A stretch of 64,000 nucleotides of DNA, from contig JAFMFD010000002.1 of assembly GCA_017856385.1 (NCBI GenBank), positions 13,839 to 77,838 on the forward strand, written 5' to 3'. A program made the position numbers and the translations under genes. The notes under the pieces were generated by a model that was given only the letters and a program-made list of their open reading frames with translations, did not search any database and was not told where the DNA came from. Positions 21,753-31,620 of this stretch are shown here, in pieces; the stretch's first letter is position 1, and each line of letters begins with the position of its first letter. The stretch is from Actinomycetota bacterium (GTDB lineage: Bacteria; Actinomycetota; Actinomycetes; S36-B12).

Positions 21753-22204
21753 CACTTCTCGCCCTCCTTCATCGCGCCCGACTTCACCAGTGCGTCCTGC
21801 AGTGCCATCCATGGAAGCAGGGCGCACTTGATGCGCGCCGGGTACTTGGCAACGCCGACGAAGGCGACTGCGTCTCCGAGGATGTCCTCATCGGGCTCCG
21901 CGTCGCCCTTGCTGCGCATCATCTCCATGAAGGCCGCCCGCGCCGCCTCGGCCGTGGCGAGGTCGAAGCCCTCGGCCAGCTCGGCCATCACGCTCGCGCT
22001 CGCCTGCGAGATCGAGCAGCCCTGCCCCTCGTAGCCGAGGTGCAGATGTCCCTCCCGGTCCATCGCGACCTGGACGGTCACCTCGTCGCCGCAAGTGGGG
22101 TTGACCTGATGCGACTCGCCCTCGGGAGCCTCGATCAGACCGCGACCGCGAGGATTGCGGTAGTGGTCGAGGATGATCTCCTGGTACATGGACTCGACGT
22201 TCAT
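21752..22204 (-). CDS. sufU: SUF system NifU-type Fe-S scaffold / sulfur acceptor SufU
   Basis: MYQEIILDHYRNPR...NPTCGDEVT...GCSISQASAS...RIKCALLPW, showing the conserved Cys residues. Confidence 0.9.
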   Translation of the reverse strand: MNVESMYQEIILDHYRNPRGRGLIEAPEGESHQVNPTCGDEVTVQVAMDREGHLHLGYEGQGCSISQASASVMAELAEGFDLATAEAARAAFMEMMRSKGDAEPDEDILGDAVAFVGVAKYPARIKCALLPWMALQDALVKSGAMKEGEK

Positions 22205-22205
22205 C

Positions 22206-23474
22206 TCATGCCCCGAAGAAGTCCTGTGCGGCGCGGATGGCGTCGAGGGCAACATCGATGTCCGCGGTGTCGTTGTAGATGTACGACGACATGCGCGTCG
22301 TCGCCGGCACACCGAAGCGCCGGCAGGTCGGCCAGGCGCAGTGGTGACCCACGCGCACGGCCACCCCACGGTCGTCGAGGAACTGGCCGACGTCATGAGC
22401 ATGGATCCCGTCGACGACGAAGGAGATCGCACTGCCACGCTCGTGGTTGTCCGACGGGCCGATGATCCGCACCCCGGGCATCGCGCGCAGCCGCTCGAGC
22501 GCGTAGCCGGTCAGCTGATGCTCGTGCTCCGCGACGTCGTCCATGCCCAGCCGCTCGAGGTACGCAGCGCCGGCGGCAGCACCGACGGCCTGGGCCACCA
22601 TCGGCGTGCCCGCCTCGAACCGCTTGGGCGGCGCCGCGAACGTGCTGTGATCCATGAACACGGTCTCGATCATGGAGCCGCCCGTGATGAACGGCGGCAT
22701 CCCCTCCAGGACGTCGGGACGGCCCCAGAGCATCCCGATGCCGGTGGGGCCGAGCATCTTGTGGCCACTCCAAGCCATCAGATCGGCCCCGAGTTCGTGC
22801 ACGTCCACGTGCTGGTGCGGCACCGACTGGCAGGCATCGACGATCCCGATCGCGCCGACCTCATGGGCACGGTCCATGAGCAGCCGCACCGGGTTGAGGG
22901 TGCCGAGGATGTTCGACTGGTGCACCACCGAGACCACCCGGGTGGTCTCGTCGATCACTCGGTCGAGGTCATCGAGCTCGAGACGCCCGTCATCGTCGAC
23001 ACCGAGCCACCGCAGCGTGGCTCCCGTCCGCGCGCAGACCTCCTGCCACGGCACGAGGTTGGCGTGGTGCTCCATCTGCGTGACGACGATGGTGTCGCCG
23101 GGCCCGACCACGAAGCGCGGGTCGGCGTCGCCCTGGCCGTGCGGGACCGACGAGTTGGTGAAGGCGTACGCCGCGAGGTTGAGGCTCTCGGTCGCATTCT
23201 TGGTGAAGACGAGCTGGTCGGGCGTGGCGCCGACGAAGGCCGCCAGCCGGGCGCGGGCCGACTCGTACGCGTCGGTCGCCTCCTCCGCGAGCTGGTGGGC
23301 GCCGCGGTGCACCGCCGCATTGCACGTCCGGTAGTACTCCGCCTCGGCCTCGAGCACCTCGATCGGCTTCTGGCTCGTTGCGGCGCTGTCGAGGTAGACC
23401 AGGCGGCGCTGGTCCCGCACCGTCCGGTCGAGGATCGGGAAGTCCTCCCGGACCTTGTCGACGTCGATCGTCAC
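22206..23474 (-). CDS. sufS: Cysteine desulfurase SufS
   Basis: 422 aa. PLP-lysine segment SGHKMLGPTGIG and catalytic RVGHHCAWP. Confidence 0.95.
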   Translation of the reverse strand: MTIDVDKVREDFPILDRTVRDQRRLVYLDSAATSQKPIEVLEAEAEYYRTCNAAVHRGAHQLAEEATDAYESARARLAAFVGATPDQLVFTKNATESLNLAAYAFTNSSVPHGQGDADPRFVVGPGDTIVVTQMEHHANLVPWQEVCARTGATLRWLGVDDDGRLELDDLDRVIDETTRVVSVVHQSNILGTLNPVRLLMDRAHEVGAIGIVDACQSVPHQHVDVHELGADLMAWSGHKMLGPTGIGMLWGRPDVLEGMPPFITGGSMIETVFMDHSTFAAPPKRFEAGTPMVAQAVGAAAGAAYLERLGMDDVAEHEHQLTGYALERLRAMPGVRIIGPSDNHERGSAISFVVDGIHAHDVGQFLDDRGVAVRVGHHCAWPTCRRFGVPATTRMSSYIYNDTADIDVALDAIRAAQDFFGA

Positions 23475-24235
23475 GACGCGGTCGCCGCCCCGATGAAGCG
23501 CTCGTAGCCCTCGGACTCGAGCACGGCGGCCAGCTCGGGCCCACCGCTCTCGACGATGCGGCCGTCCACGAACACATGGACGTAGTCGGGCGTGATGTAG
23601 CGCAGGATCCGGGTGTAGTGGGTGATCAGCAGCGTCCCCGCACCGGTCTCCTCGCGGAAGGCGTTGAATCCTTCCGACACCACCCGCAGCGCGTCCACGT
23701 CGAGCCCCGAGTCCGTCTCGTCAAGGATCGCGATCTTCGGCTTGAGGAGCGAGAGCTGGAGGATCTCGTGGCGCTTTTTCTCTCCGCCCGAGAAGCCCTC
23801 GTTGACGTTGCGCTCGGCGAAGACGGGGTCCATCTGGAGCTCGGCCATCGCGTCCTTCATCTCCTTCAGCCACGTGCGCAGCTTGGGGGCCTCACCGCGC
23901 ACGGCGGTCGCCGACGTGCGCAGGAAGTTGGAGACGCTCACCCCGGGGATTTCCACCGGGTACTGCATGGCCAGGAACAGGCCGGCGCGGGCCCGCTCGT
24001 CGACGCTCATCGTGAGTACGTCCTGGCCGTCGAGCTCGATCGAGCCCGACGTGACCTGGTACTTGGGGTGACCGGCGATGACGTAGGCGAGGGTCGACTT
24101 GCCCGATCCGTTGGGCCCCATCACGGCGTGGGTGCTTCCGGAGTCGACGCTCAGCGTGACGCCTCGCAGGATCTCGCGCGGACCGGCGTCCGTGATGACG
24201 GAGGCATGGAGGTCGCGAATGGCCAGGGTGCTCAT
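23471..24235 (-). CDS. sufC: Fe-S cluster assembly ATPase SufC
   Basis: MSTLAIRDLH...GPNGSGKSTL...FSGGEKKRHEILQL...ILDETDSGLD. The start is fixed at ATG 24235; the 460-aa track ORF is an artefactual extension. Confidence 0.95.
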   Translation of the reverse strand: MSTLAIRDLHASVITDAGPREILRGVTLSVDSGSTHAVMGPNGSGKSTLAYVIAGHPKYQVTSGSIELDGQDVLTMSVDERARAGLFLAMQYPVEIPGVSVSNFLRTSATAVRGEAPKLRTWLKEMKDAMAELQMDPVFAERNVNEGFSGGEKKRHEILQLSLLKPKIAILDETDSGLDVDALRVVSEGFNAFREETGAGTLLITHYTRILRYITPDYVHVFVDGRIVESGGPELAAVLESEGYERFIGAATAS

Positions 24236-24573
24236 GAGATGTCCTCTGCTGCTATTGACGGGGTGGGGTCGATCTCGACGACGGCGGGCTCGCCGACGAT
24301 GCGGACGGGGTAGGTGGCGACGGGCAGGGTCGCGGGCGGGCTGAGCGGCTGGCCGGTGCGCAGGTCGAACGCCGACCCGTGCAGCCAGCACTCCAGGGCG
24401 CAGCCCTCTACCTCGCCCTCGGCCAGAGATACATCGGCATGCGAACACCGGTCGGCGAGCGCGAACACGCCCTCGTCGGTGCGCACCACGGCCATGGCGA
24501 TGCCGCCCACGACGATCCGCGTGGCGGCATCGACGGGCAGCTCGTCCAGGCTCGAGGCCACGAGATAGGTCAT
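24232..24573 (-). CDS. Rieske [2Fe-2S] ferredoxin-type protein embedded in the suf operon
   Basis: 113 aa with CSH...C-x2-H pattern (DRCSHADV...CWLHGS). It overlaps both sufD (stop) and sufC (start) by 4 nt. Confidence 0.85.
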   Translation of the reverse strand: MTYLVASSLDELPVDAATRIVVGGIAMAVVRTDEGVFALADRCSHADVSLAEGEVEGCALECWLHGSAFDLRTGQPLSPPATLPVATYPVRIVGEPAVVEIDPTPSIAAEDIS

Positions 24574-25709
24574 TCGGCGGCCTCGAGATGGCGCTCGAGA
24601 TCGGCATCCATGCCCAGCCGCTGTGCGATCCGCTGCAGCACGATCTCGCGCCACTCCACGCTGTCGATCCGGGCGAGCACGTCGACGAAGAAGCCGCGGA
24701 CGACAAGCTGGCGCGCGATGCGCTCCGGAATGCCCCGGGCCTGCAGGTAGAACAGCTGCTGGTCGTCGAAGCGGCCCGTGGCACTCGCATGGCCGGCGCT
24801 GGCGACGTCGCCCGTCTCCAGCTCCAGATTGGGCACCGAGTCGGCACGCGCACCGTCGTCGAGGACGAGGTTGCGGTTCATCTCGTAGGTGTCGGTGCCG
24901 ACGGCCTCGCGACGGACGACGACGTCGCCCACCCACACGGTATGCGTGCCGGCACCGCTCAGCGCACCCTTGTAGGCCACGTGGCTCGAGCAGTGGGGGG
25001 CCACATGCTCCACGAGGGTGCGGTGCTCGACGAACTGGCCGGAGTCCGCGAGGAACGCGCCGAGCATCGTCGCACTGCCCCCCGGACCTGCGTAGGAGAC
25101 CGACGGCAGGATGCGCACCACGCGACCGCCGATGGTGATGGCCGATCCGGTGAAGGTGGCATCGCGGCCCACCCTCGTGGGCCACTGCCACAGATGAACG
25201 TGCTCGACCGAGCCCTCGAGGATCGACAGCATCGACAGATTCGCCCCGTCGCCCACGTCGGTGACGATTGCCCCACTGGTGTCGGCCGATGCATCGTGGA
25301 CGACCACCACGGTGGCCCGCGCCCCGCGGCCGATGCGGATGTCGACGTGCCCGTGCGCCCGGGCACGGTCCGCCCTCAGTCGGACCACGATCGGCTCCGC
25401 CACCACGGTGTCGGCGGGCACCTCCACTCGCACGCTGCGGTGGACGCTGGACCAGGCGATCACGGAGGGCCGATCGGTCGGCAGCCAGTGACCTGCATCA
25501 TCGGACCGGAAGTCCACCACGCTGACATGCGACCCGGGATCTACGGTCAGGTCACCGGACTGGGCGTCGACCTCGAACAGGTGCGCGATCTTGGCCACCG
25601 GAGTGAAGCGCCACTCCTCCTCGCGACCATGCGGGACCACGAAGTCCTCGGGTCGGGCAGAGGAGATCCGCCTCGCATTGTCGAGCGGAGGCGCATCCAG
25701 GACGGTCAC
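24570..25709 (-). CDS. sufD: Fe-S cluster assembly protein SufD
   Basis: GTG 25709 overlaps the sufB stop (GTGA). The sequence is SufD-like from VTVLDAPPL...EEWRFTP to the C-terminus. Confidence 0.9.
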   Translation of the reverse strand: MTVLDAPPLDNARRISSARPEDFVVPHGREEEWRFTPVAKIAHLFEVDAQSGDLTVDPGSHVSVVDFRSDDAGHWLPTDRPSVIAWSSVHRSVRVEVPADTVVAEPIVVRLRADRARAHGHVDIRIGRGARATVVVVHDASADTSGAIVTDVGDGANLSMLSILEGSVEHVHLWQWPTRVGRDATFTGSAITIGGRVVRILPSVSYAGPGGSATMLGAFLADSGQFVEHRTLVEHVAPHCSSHVAYKGALSGAGTHTVWVGDVVVRREAVGTDTYEMNRNLVLDDGARADSVPNLELETGDVASAGHASATGRFDDQQLFYLQARGIPERIARQLVVRGFFVDVLARIDSVEWREIVLQRIAQRLGMDADLERHLEAAE

Positions 25710-27127
25710 CCCACCGCCCCTTCCATCTGGAGCTCGATCAGGCGGTTCAGCTCGAGGGCGTACTCCATGGGCAGCTCGCGGGCAATGGGCTCGATGAAGC
25801 CGCGGACGATCATGGCCATGGCCTCGTCCTCCGTCATGCCGCGCGACATGAGGTAGAACAGCTGGTCCTCGCTGACCTTGGACACCGTGGCCTCGTGCCC
25901 CATCGACACGTCGTCCTCGCGGACGTCGACGTACGGATAGGTGTCCGAGCGCGAGATGTCGTCGACCAGCAGCGCATCGCACTTGACCGTACTGCGGGCG
26001 CCGTGCGCTCCCTCCTGCACCTGGACCAGTCCGCGGTAGGACGTACGCCCTCCCCCGCGGGCGACGGACTTGGAGATGATGTTCGACGACGTGTTCGGGG
26101 CGGCGTGCACCATCTTGGCGCCCGCGTCCTGGTGCTGGCCCTCGCCGGCGAAGGCGATCGAGAGCGTCTCGCCGCGAGCATGCTCACCGGTCATCCACAC
26201 CGCGGGGTACTTCATCGTGACCTTCGAGCCGAGGTTGCCGTCGACCCACTCCATGGTGGCCCCCGCGTGCGCGACAGCGCGCTTGGTCACGAGGTTGTAG
26301 ACGTTGTTCGACCAGTTCTGGATGGTCGTGTAGCGGCACCGGGCACCCTTGCGGACGATGATCTCGACCACGGCCGAGTGCAGGGAGTCCGATGAATAGA
26401 TGGGGGCCGTGCAGCCCTCGACGTAGTGCACGTAGGCGTCCTCGTCGACGATGATCAGCGTGCGCTCGAACTGGCCCATGTTCTCGGTGTTGATCCGGAA
26501 GTAGGCCTGCAACGGGATCTCGACGTGCACTCCCTTGGGCACATAGATGAACGACCCACCGGACCAGACCGCGGTGTTGAGGGCGGCGAACTTGTTGTCG
26601 CCGACCGGGATCACCGACGCGAAGTACTCGCGGAAGATGTCCTCGTGTTCACGGAGACCGGTGTCGGTGTCCAGGAACACCACTCCCTGCTCCTCGAGGT
26701 CCTCGCGGATCTTGTGGTAGACGACCTCGGACTCGTACTGCGCCGCGACACCGGCGATCAGCCGCTGCTTCTCGGCCTCCGGGATGCCGAGCCGGTCGTA
26801 CGTGTTCTTGATGTCCTCAGGCAGCTCGTCCCATGACGCCGCCTGCTTCTCGGTGGACCGGACGAAGTACTTGATCGTGTCGAAGTTGATGCCGCGCAGG
26901 TCCGAGCCCCAGACCGGCATGGGCTTGCGCTCGAAGAGGCGCAGGCCCTTCAGCCGGAGGTCGAGCATCCACGAGGGCTCGTTCTTCTTCGCCGAGATGT
27001 CCCGGACGACGTCCTCGTTCAGCCCGCGGCGGGCGTTCGTCCCGGCGACGTCGGGGTCATGCCAGCCGTACTCGTACCGACCGAGGTCGGAGATGGTGGC
27101 TGCGGTTTCCTCGGCTGCGGTGCTCAT
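25706..27127 (-). CDS. sufB: Fe-S cluster assembly protein SufB
   Basis: 473 aa and highly SufB-like (GRYEYGWHD...FIYVPKGV...[15 protein letters not shown]). Confidence 0.95.
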   Translation of the reverse strand: MSTAAEETAATISDLGRYEYGWHDPDVAGTNARRGLNEDVVRDISAKKNEPSWMLDLRLKGLRLFERKPMPVWGSDLRGINFDTIKYFVRSTEKQAASWDELPEDIKNTYDRLGIPEAEKQRLIAGVAAQYESEVVYHKIREDLEEQGVVFLDTDTGLREHEDIFREYFASVIPVGDNKFAALNTAVWSGGSFIYVPKGVHVEIPLQAYFRINTENMGQFERTLIIVDEDAYVHYVEGCTAPIYSSDSLHSAVVEIIVRKGARCRYTTIQNWSNNVYNLVTKRAVAHAGATMEWVDGNLGSKVTMKYPAVWMTGEHARGETLSIAFAGEGQHQDAGAKMVHAAPNTSSNIISKSVARGGGRTSYRGLVQVQEGAHGARSTVKCDALLVDDISRSDTYPYVDVREDDVSMGHEATVSKVSEDQLFYLMSRGMTEDEAMAMIVRGFIEPIARELPMEYALELNRLIELQMEGAVG

Positions 27128-27840
27128 GCGGAGACCTTTCGTCGGGAGTCGGTACGGGATTCGTGGCTCGGTCTGGCGTCATCGTGACGGTCGGCGTGAC
27201 GGTCGGCGTGGGGGCTGGGCAGGAGGGGTATGACGGTCGTGCAGATCTCGTCGCCGTTCGCGAGCGTGGCCAGCCGGGTCACGTGCCGGTCCAGGATTCG
27301 CGACAGTTCGGCGGTCTCCGCCTCGCACAGCTCAGGGAACTGGCGTGCCGCGTCGACGACCGGGCAGCTGTGCTGGCACAGCTGCACCGCGAGATCGCCG
27401 AGGGGCCGCACCTCGGCGGCGTAGCCCGCCCTGGTGAGCTCGTCGGCCAGCTCCTCCGGCGTGGGCTCCGGCGCTAGGTGGGCCGCGAGGGTACGCGCGC
27501 GCTCACGGGCGAACTCCTCGACCGCCTCTGCGCCGTAGCGGGAGGCGAGGAACCCCAGGGCGCCTAGGGCGAGATCGTCGTAGGCGGAATCGCAGGCGGC
27601 GCGACCCGCGCTGGTGAGGGTGAAGACGCTGCCGGGCCGTCCCCGCCCGCGCTTGGGGCTCGGGCCGTACGGCGCCCGGTCGTGGGCCGTCACCAGGCCC
27701 GCGTCTGTGAGGGCGGTGAGGTGCCGGCGCACCCCGGCGGTCGAGAGGTCGAGTGCCTCGGCGAGCTCGGCGGCGGTCTGCGGCCCACGTTCGAGCAGCA
27801 TGCGCGCAACGCGCTCTGCGGCCTCACCGGGGAATTTCAC
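27124..27840 (-). CDS. sufR: SufR-type ArsR/DeoR-like transcriptional regulator of the suf operon
   Basis: 238 aa. N-terminal winged HTH, C-terminal Cys cluster ([22 protein letters not shown]). It is the first gene of the suf operon and overlaps sufB by 4 nt. Confidence 0.8.
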   Translation of the reverse strand: MKFPGEAAERVARMLLERGPQTAAELAEALDLSTAGVRRHLTALTDAGLVTAHDRAPYGPSPKRGRGRPGSVFTLTSAGRAACDSAYDDLALGALGFLASRYGAEAVEEFARERARTLAAHLAPEPTPEELADELTRAGYAAEVRPLGDLAVQLCQHSCPVVDAARQFPELCEAETAELSRILDRHVTRLATLANGDEICTTVIPLLPSPHADRHADRHDDARPSHESRTDSRRKVSA

Positions 27841-27853
27841 AACCTCATTGTTG
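27840..27853. promoter_or_regulatory. Candidate SufR operator: perfect CAAC-N6-GTTG inverted repeat
   Basis: CAACctcattGTTG spans the sufR GTG start codon, in the 68-bp divergent region shared with the ABC transporter operon. Confidence 0.4.
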
Positions 27854-27908
27854 CGTAAATGGTCGAGCGCGCAAGTCCGGGGTCCCGCCGGGCGCCTATA
27901 GTCCCCTC

Positions 27909-28850
27909 GTGCCCGCCGTTCTCATCGACGACCTCACCGTGCGCTACGGCGATCGGGAGGCGGTCCGGGGCCTGTCACTGGTGGCCGGCACGGGGGCGGT
28001 GACCGCCCTGGTCGGTCCCAACGGTGCCGGCAAGACCTCGACCGTGGAGGTCTGCGTCGGCCTGCGGGCGGCGACTGGCGGGACCGTCGAGGTCCTCGGG
28101 ACCCGGCTGCCCGCCAACGGCAGCGCCCGAGCCTCGCTCCATCGAGACGTCGGCGTCATGCTGCAGGACGGCGGCCTCTACTCGACGGCCCGTCCGCGCG
28201 AGATGGTGGCGCACCTCGCTCGCCTGTACCCGGGCGCGGCCGATCCCGACGAGCTGCTCGTCGCCGTCGGCATCGACCCCGGGACGCGCACGCCGCTGCG
28301 CCGGATGTCCGGGGGTGAGCAGCGGCGGGTCGCTGCTGCGGCGGCGCTCGTGGGTCGGCCCCGGCTCGTCTTCCTCGACGAGCCCACCACGGGCCTGGAC
28401 CCCGCCGGGCGACGGACTTTCCACGACCTGCTCCGCAGCCAGGTCGCGGCCGGGTGCTCGGTCCTGCTGACCACCCATCTGCTGGACGACGTCGAGCGCC
28501 TCGCCGATCACGTCGTCGTCATGGCGGGGGGCCGCGTGGTCGCGTCGGGCGGCGTCGCTGAACTCACCGGTGATGACCTGATCCGCTTCCGCGGCCCGGT
28601 CGCGATGGACCTGTCGGGGCTGCGCGCCGACCTGCCTCTCGGGTGCTCGGTGGAGGAACAGGCTGCGGGTCGATACCTCGTCACCGGCTCCGTCGATCCG
28701 CAGGTGCTCTCGCGCGTCACGTCATGGTGCGGACGGCAGGGGCTCATGAGTCAGGACATCCGGTGGGGGCGCCGACCGCTCGAGGAGGTCGTCATCGAGC
28801 TGACGTCGGGCATCGAGCAGGCATCGGACGACGAAGGCGGCACGCGGTGA
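27909..28850 (+). CDS. ABC transporter ATP-binding protein (ABC-2 / DrrA-like)
   Basis: GTG start. Motifs GPNGAGKTS, MSGGEQRRVAAAAAL and [11 protein letters not shown]. Its stop overlaps the permease start (GTGA). Confidence 0.9.
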   Translation: MPAVLIDDLTVRYGDREAVRGLSLVAGTGAVTALVGPNGAGKTSTVEVCVGLRAATGGTVEVLGTRLPANGSARASLHRDVGVMLQDGGLYSTARPREMVAHLARLYPGAADPDELLVAVGIDPGTRTPLRRMSGGEQRRVAAAAALVGRPRLVFLDEPTTGLDPAGRRTFHDLLRSQVAAGCSVLLTTHLLDDVERLADHVVVMAGGRVVASGGVAELTGDDLIRFRGPVAMDLSGLRADLPLGCSVEEQAAGRYLVTGSVDPQVLSRVTSWCGRQGLMSQDIRWGRRPLEEVVIELTSGIEQASDDEGGTR

Positions 28851-29596
28851 GCGGGCGGACCGCGCAGCGGCCGGCGCAGCGCGCGCTCGCCCAGGCCGGA
28901 TGGGAGATGCGCCTGCTGCTCCGCAACGGCGAGCAGCTGCTGCTGACGGTCATCATCCCGGTAACGATTCTGCTCGTGCTCACCCTTACCGATCTCTTCC
29001 CGCAGGGTCGCGGGCCGGAAGGACTGCCGCGGTCGCTCGCCACCGTGCTCACCGTCTCGATCATCAGCAGTGCCTTCACGTCACTGGCCATCGCCACGGC
29101 ATTCGAGCGCCGGTCCGGCGCCCTGCGACTGCTGAGCACGACGCCCCTGTCCATCCGCGAGCTGATCACCGGGAAACTGCTCGCGACCGTCGGCGTGACG
29201 GCCGTGTCAGCGGTGGTGGTCGTACTCGTCGCCGTGGTGCTCGGCTGGCGCCCGGGCCCGGGTGCGGCATGGGCGGTGCCCGTGCTCGTGCTGGGCGTGG
29301 CGGCATGGGTCCCGTGGGGCCTGGCGCTCGCAGGCGCCCTGCGCGCCGAGGCCGTCCTGGCGGTCGCCAACGGGATCTTCCTCGTCCTCCTCCTGCTGGG
29401 CGGCGTCGTCATCCCGGTCACCTCGCTGCCCGGAGCACTCGGCGCCCTCGCCTCCGTCCTGCCCAGCGGCGCGCTGTCCGACGCCCTGACCACGGCACTC
29501 GTGACCGGCTCGCCCGACGCGGCCGCCTGCCTCGTGCTCGTGGTGTGGGCGGGCGCAGGCGTGCTCGTCGCGACGAGGTCCTTCCGCTGGGCCTAG
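28847..29596 (+). CDS. ABC-2 type transporter permease
   Basis: 249 aa with about six TM helices. It is translationally coupled to the ATPase. Confidence 0.85.
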   Translation: MSGRTAQRPAQRALAQAGWEMRLLLRNGEQLLLTVIIPVTILLVLTLTDLFPQGRGPEGLPRSLATVLTVSIISSAFTSLAIATAFERRSGALRLLSTTPLSIRELITGKLLATVGVTAVSAVVVVLVAVVLGWRPGPGAAWAVPVLVLGVAAWVPWGLALAGALRAEAVLAVANGIFLVLLLLGGVVIPVTSLPGALGALASVLPSGALSDALTTALVTGSPDAAACLVLVVWAGAGVLVATRSFRWA

Positions 29597-29605
29597 GCTG
29601 GTGAC

Positions 29606-30568
29606 GTGAGCACGGCGCTGGCACCCGACCGCGCCGGTGGACTCGATCGACGTACTCCTCGAGCCGTCCGCGGCATCTATATCGCGAACCTGGTCGCCCA
29701 GGGGGCCATCGTCGTCACCGGCGCAATCGTGCGCCTCACCGAGTCCGGGCTCGGCTGCCCCACTTGGCCGGAGTGTGTCGAGGGCTCGATCACGCCCACC
29801 TCGACCCAGGTCGAGGGGTGGACCAAGTTCGTGGAGTTCGGCAACCGCCTGCTGACCTTCGCCCTGCTCGTCCTTGCGATCGCGGCGATCGTCGCCGCCC
29901 TGGTCGACCGCCGCCGACGCGCACGGGCGGGCCTGCCTGCTCGCCCCGTTCTGGTGATCCTCGCCGCGATCCCCCTGATCGGCACCCTCGGTCAGGCCGT
30001 GCTCGGCGGCATCACCGTGCTCACCGGGCTGCACCCGCTCACCGTCGCCGCGCACTTCCTGGTGTCCATGGCCATCCTCGCCGGCACCATGGCGCTCGTG
30101 GTGCGTTCCGGCGATCCGGGCGACCAGCCGGTGATGAAGCTCGTGCCACGGCCGGTACAGGCGCTCACGTGGCTGCTGCTCGCCGTCACGGGTGCCGTGG
30201 TGCTGCTCGGCGTCCTGGTCACCAGCGCGGGACCGCACAGCGGAGATGACCGCGCAGAGCGGCTTGGGATCGACTTCCGGACGATCGCATGGCTGCATGC
30301 CGACCTCGTGCTGCTGTTCCTCGGCCTGCTGATCGGCCTGCTCGTCTCGTGCGCGCTCGTGCGCTCGCCGTCGACCGGCGCCGCTCCCGTACTGCTGCGA
30401 CGACGTGCCTTGCTGCTCCTCGGCATCGCGGCCCTGCAGGGCGTCATCGGCTACACGCAGTACTTCACCGGACTGCCCGAGGTGCTCGTCGCCCTGCACG
30501 TCATCGGTGCGGTGCTGGTGTGGGTGACGGCACTCTCACTGCCTGCCGCGCTGCGCACGCGTGGCTGA
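29606..30568 (+). CDS. ctaA: Heme A synthase (COX15/CtaA)
   Basis: 320 aa. GLGCPTWPEC motif and a multi-pass membrane profile. Confidence 0.9.
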   Translation: MSTALAPDRAGGLDRRTPRAVRGIYIANLVAQGAIVVTGAIVRLTESGLGCPTWPECVEGSITPTSTQVEGWTKFVEFGNRLLTFALLVLAIAAIVAALVDRRRRARAGLPARPVLVILAAIPLIGTLGQAVLGGITVLTGLHPLTVAAHFLVSMAILAGTMALVVRSGDPGDQPVMKLVPRPVQALTWLLLAVTGAVVLLGVLVTSAGPHSGDDRAERLGIDFRTIAWLHADLVLLFLGLLIGLLVSCALVRSPSTGAAPVLLRRRALLLLGIAALQGVIGYTQYFTGLPEVLVALHVIGAVLVWVTALSLPAALRTRG

Positions 30569-30582
30569 CCGCGGGGCCCGCG

Positions 30583-31497
30583 CTAGGGGACGAAAGGGTC
30601 CAGTGCCACGAGCAGGAACAGCAGGGCCAGGTAGGTGATCGACCCGTGGAACAGGCGCATCGCGGCCGCCGTCACCGCCCCCTCCCCCTGCCGGACCTGA
30701 CGCCTGAGTCCGTAGGCCATAGCGAGGAATGCGGCGCCGAGGACGACCGCTCCCACGCCGTAGACCCAGCCCATTCCGGCCACCGGGATGAGCACCAGTG
30801 AGGTCGCCACCATCACCCAGGAGTAGCCCAGGATGCTCGTCGTGACCTGCAGGTCCGTGCGCACGACCGGCAGCATCGGCACGCCCGCCGCGGCGTACTC
30901 GTCGCGAAAGCGCATCGCCAGCGGCCAGTAGTGGGGCGGGGTCCAGAAGAACACGATCAGGAACAGCACGATCGGCGCCCAGGTGAGTGACCCGGTGACG
31001 GCGGCCCACGCGATGAGGACGGGCATGCAGCCTGCTGCACCGCCCCACACGATGTTCTGCGCCGTGCGCCGCTTGAGCACCATCGTGTAGACGACGGCGT
31101 AGAACGCGATCGCGATGACGGCGAGGAGCGCAGACAGCGCATTGGCCGTCCACCACAGAATGGCCGCGCTCACGATGCCGAGCACTATCCCCTGCACGAT
31201 GCCCGCCCGGACCGAGACGGCCCCGAGCACCGCCGGGCGGTGGTAGGTGCGGGGCATGACCGCGTCGATGTCGCGCTCGTACACGCTGTTGAACGTGCTG
31301 GCCGACGCCGCAGCGAGCGTTCCGCCCACGAGGACGCCGATCGTCGGGATGAGCGGCGGCAGCCCCTGGGCTGCAAGGAACATGGTGGGCAGTGCTGTCG
31401 CCAGCAGGAGTTCGACGATCCGCGGCTTGGTCAGCGCGATGTGGGCTCGAAGGCGAGACATGGGTGGCTGCTCAGCGTGATGCACGACGACGCCCAC
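30583..31497 (-). CDS. ctaB: Protoheme IX farnesyltransferase (heme O synthase)
   Basis: The UbiA-family membrane protein has ALTKPRIVELLL and NSVYERDIDAVMPRT motifs. GTG 31497 has GGAG upstream. Confidence 0.9.
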   Translation of the reverse strand: MGVVVHHAEQPPMSRLRAHIALTKPRIVELLLATALPTMFLAAQGLPPLIPTIGVLVGGTLAAASASTFNSVYERDIDAVMPRTYHRPAVLGAVSVRAGIVQGIVLGIVSAAILWWTANALSALLAVIAIAFYAVVYTMVLKRRTAQNIVWGGAAGCMPVLIAWAAVTGSLTWAPIVLFLIVFFWTPPHYWPLAMRFRDEYAAAGVPMLPVVRTDLQVTTSILGYSWVMVATSLVLIPVAGMGWVYGVGAVVLGAAFLAMAYGLRRQVRQGEGAVTAAAMRLFHGSITYLALLFLLVALDPFVP

Positions 31498-31620
31498 CCG
31501 GCTCCGATCAGCGATCCCGGACCGATGCCCGGGCCGTGGATTCCGGCGGGATGCCGGCGGTTCACTCTACCTTCCGCTCGCGCTCCTCTGCGCGGGCGCC
31601 GCTTTCGCTAGGGTCGTGGC

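Noticed and set aside
23471-24853. 460-aa ORF suggesting a much longer SufC (similar long extensions occur for pgk, tpiA, sufU, sufD, terC, yvcK, fabI and the glycosyltransferase)
   Set aside because: The N-terminal extensions are Arg/Pro-rich junk that run through the upstream gene in another frame. Canonical N-termini with ATGA/GTGA overlaps give the normal protein lengths.
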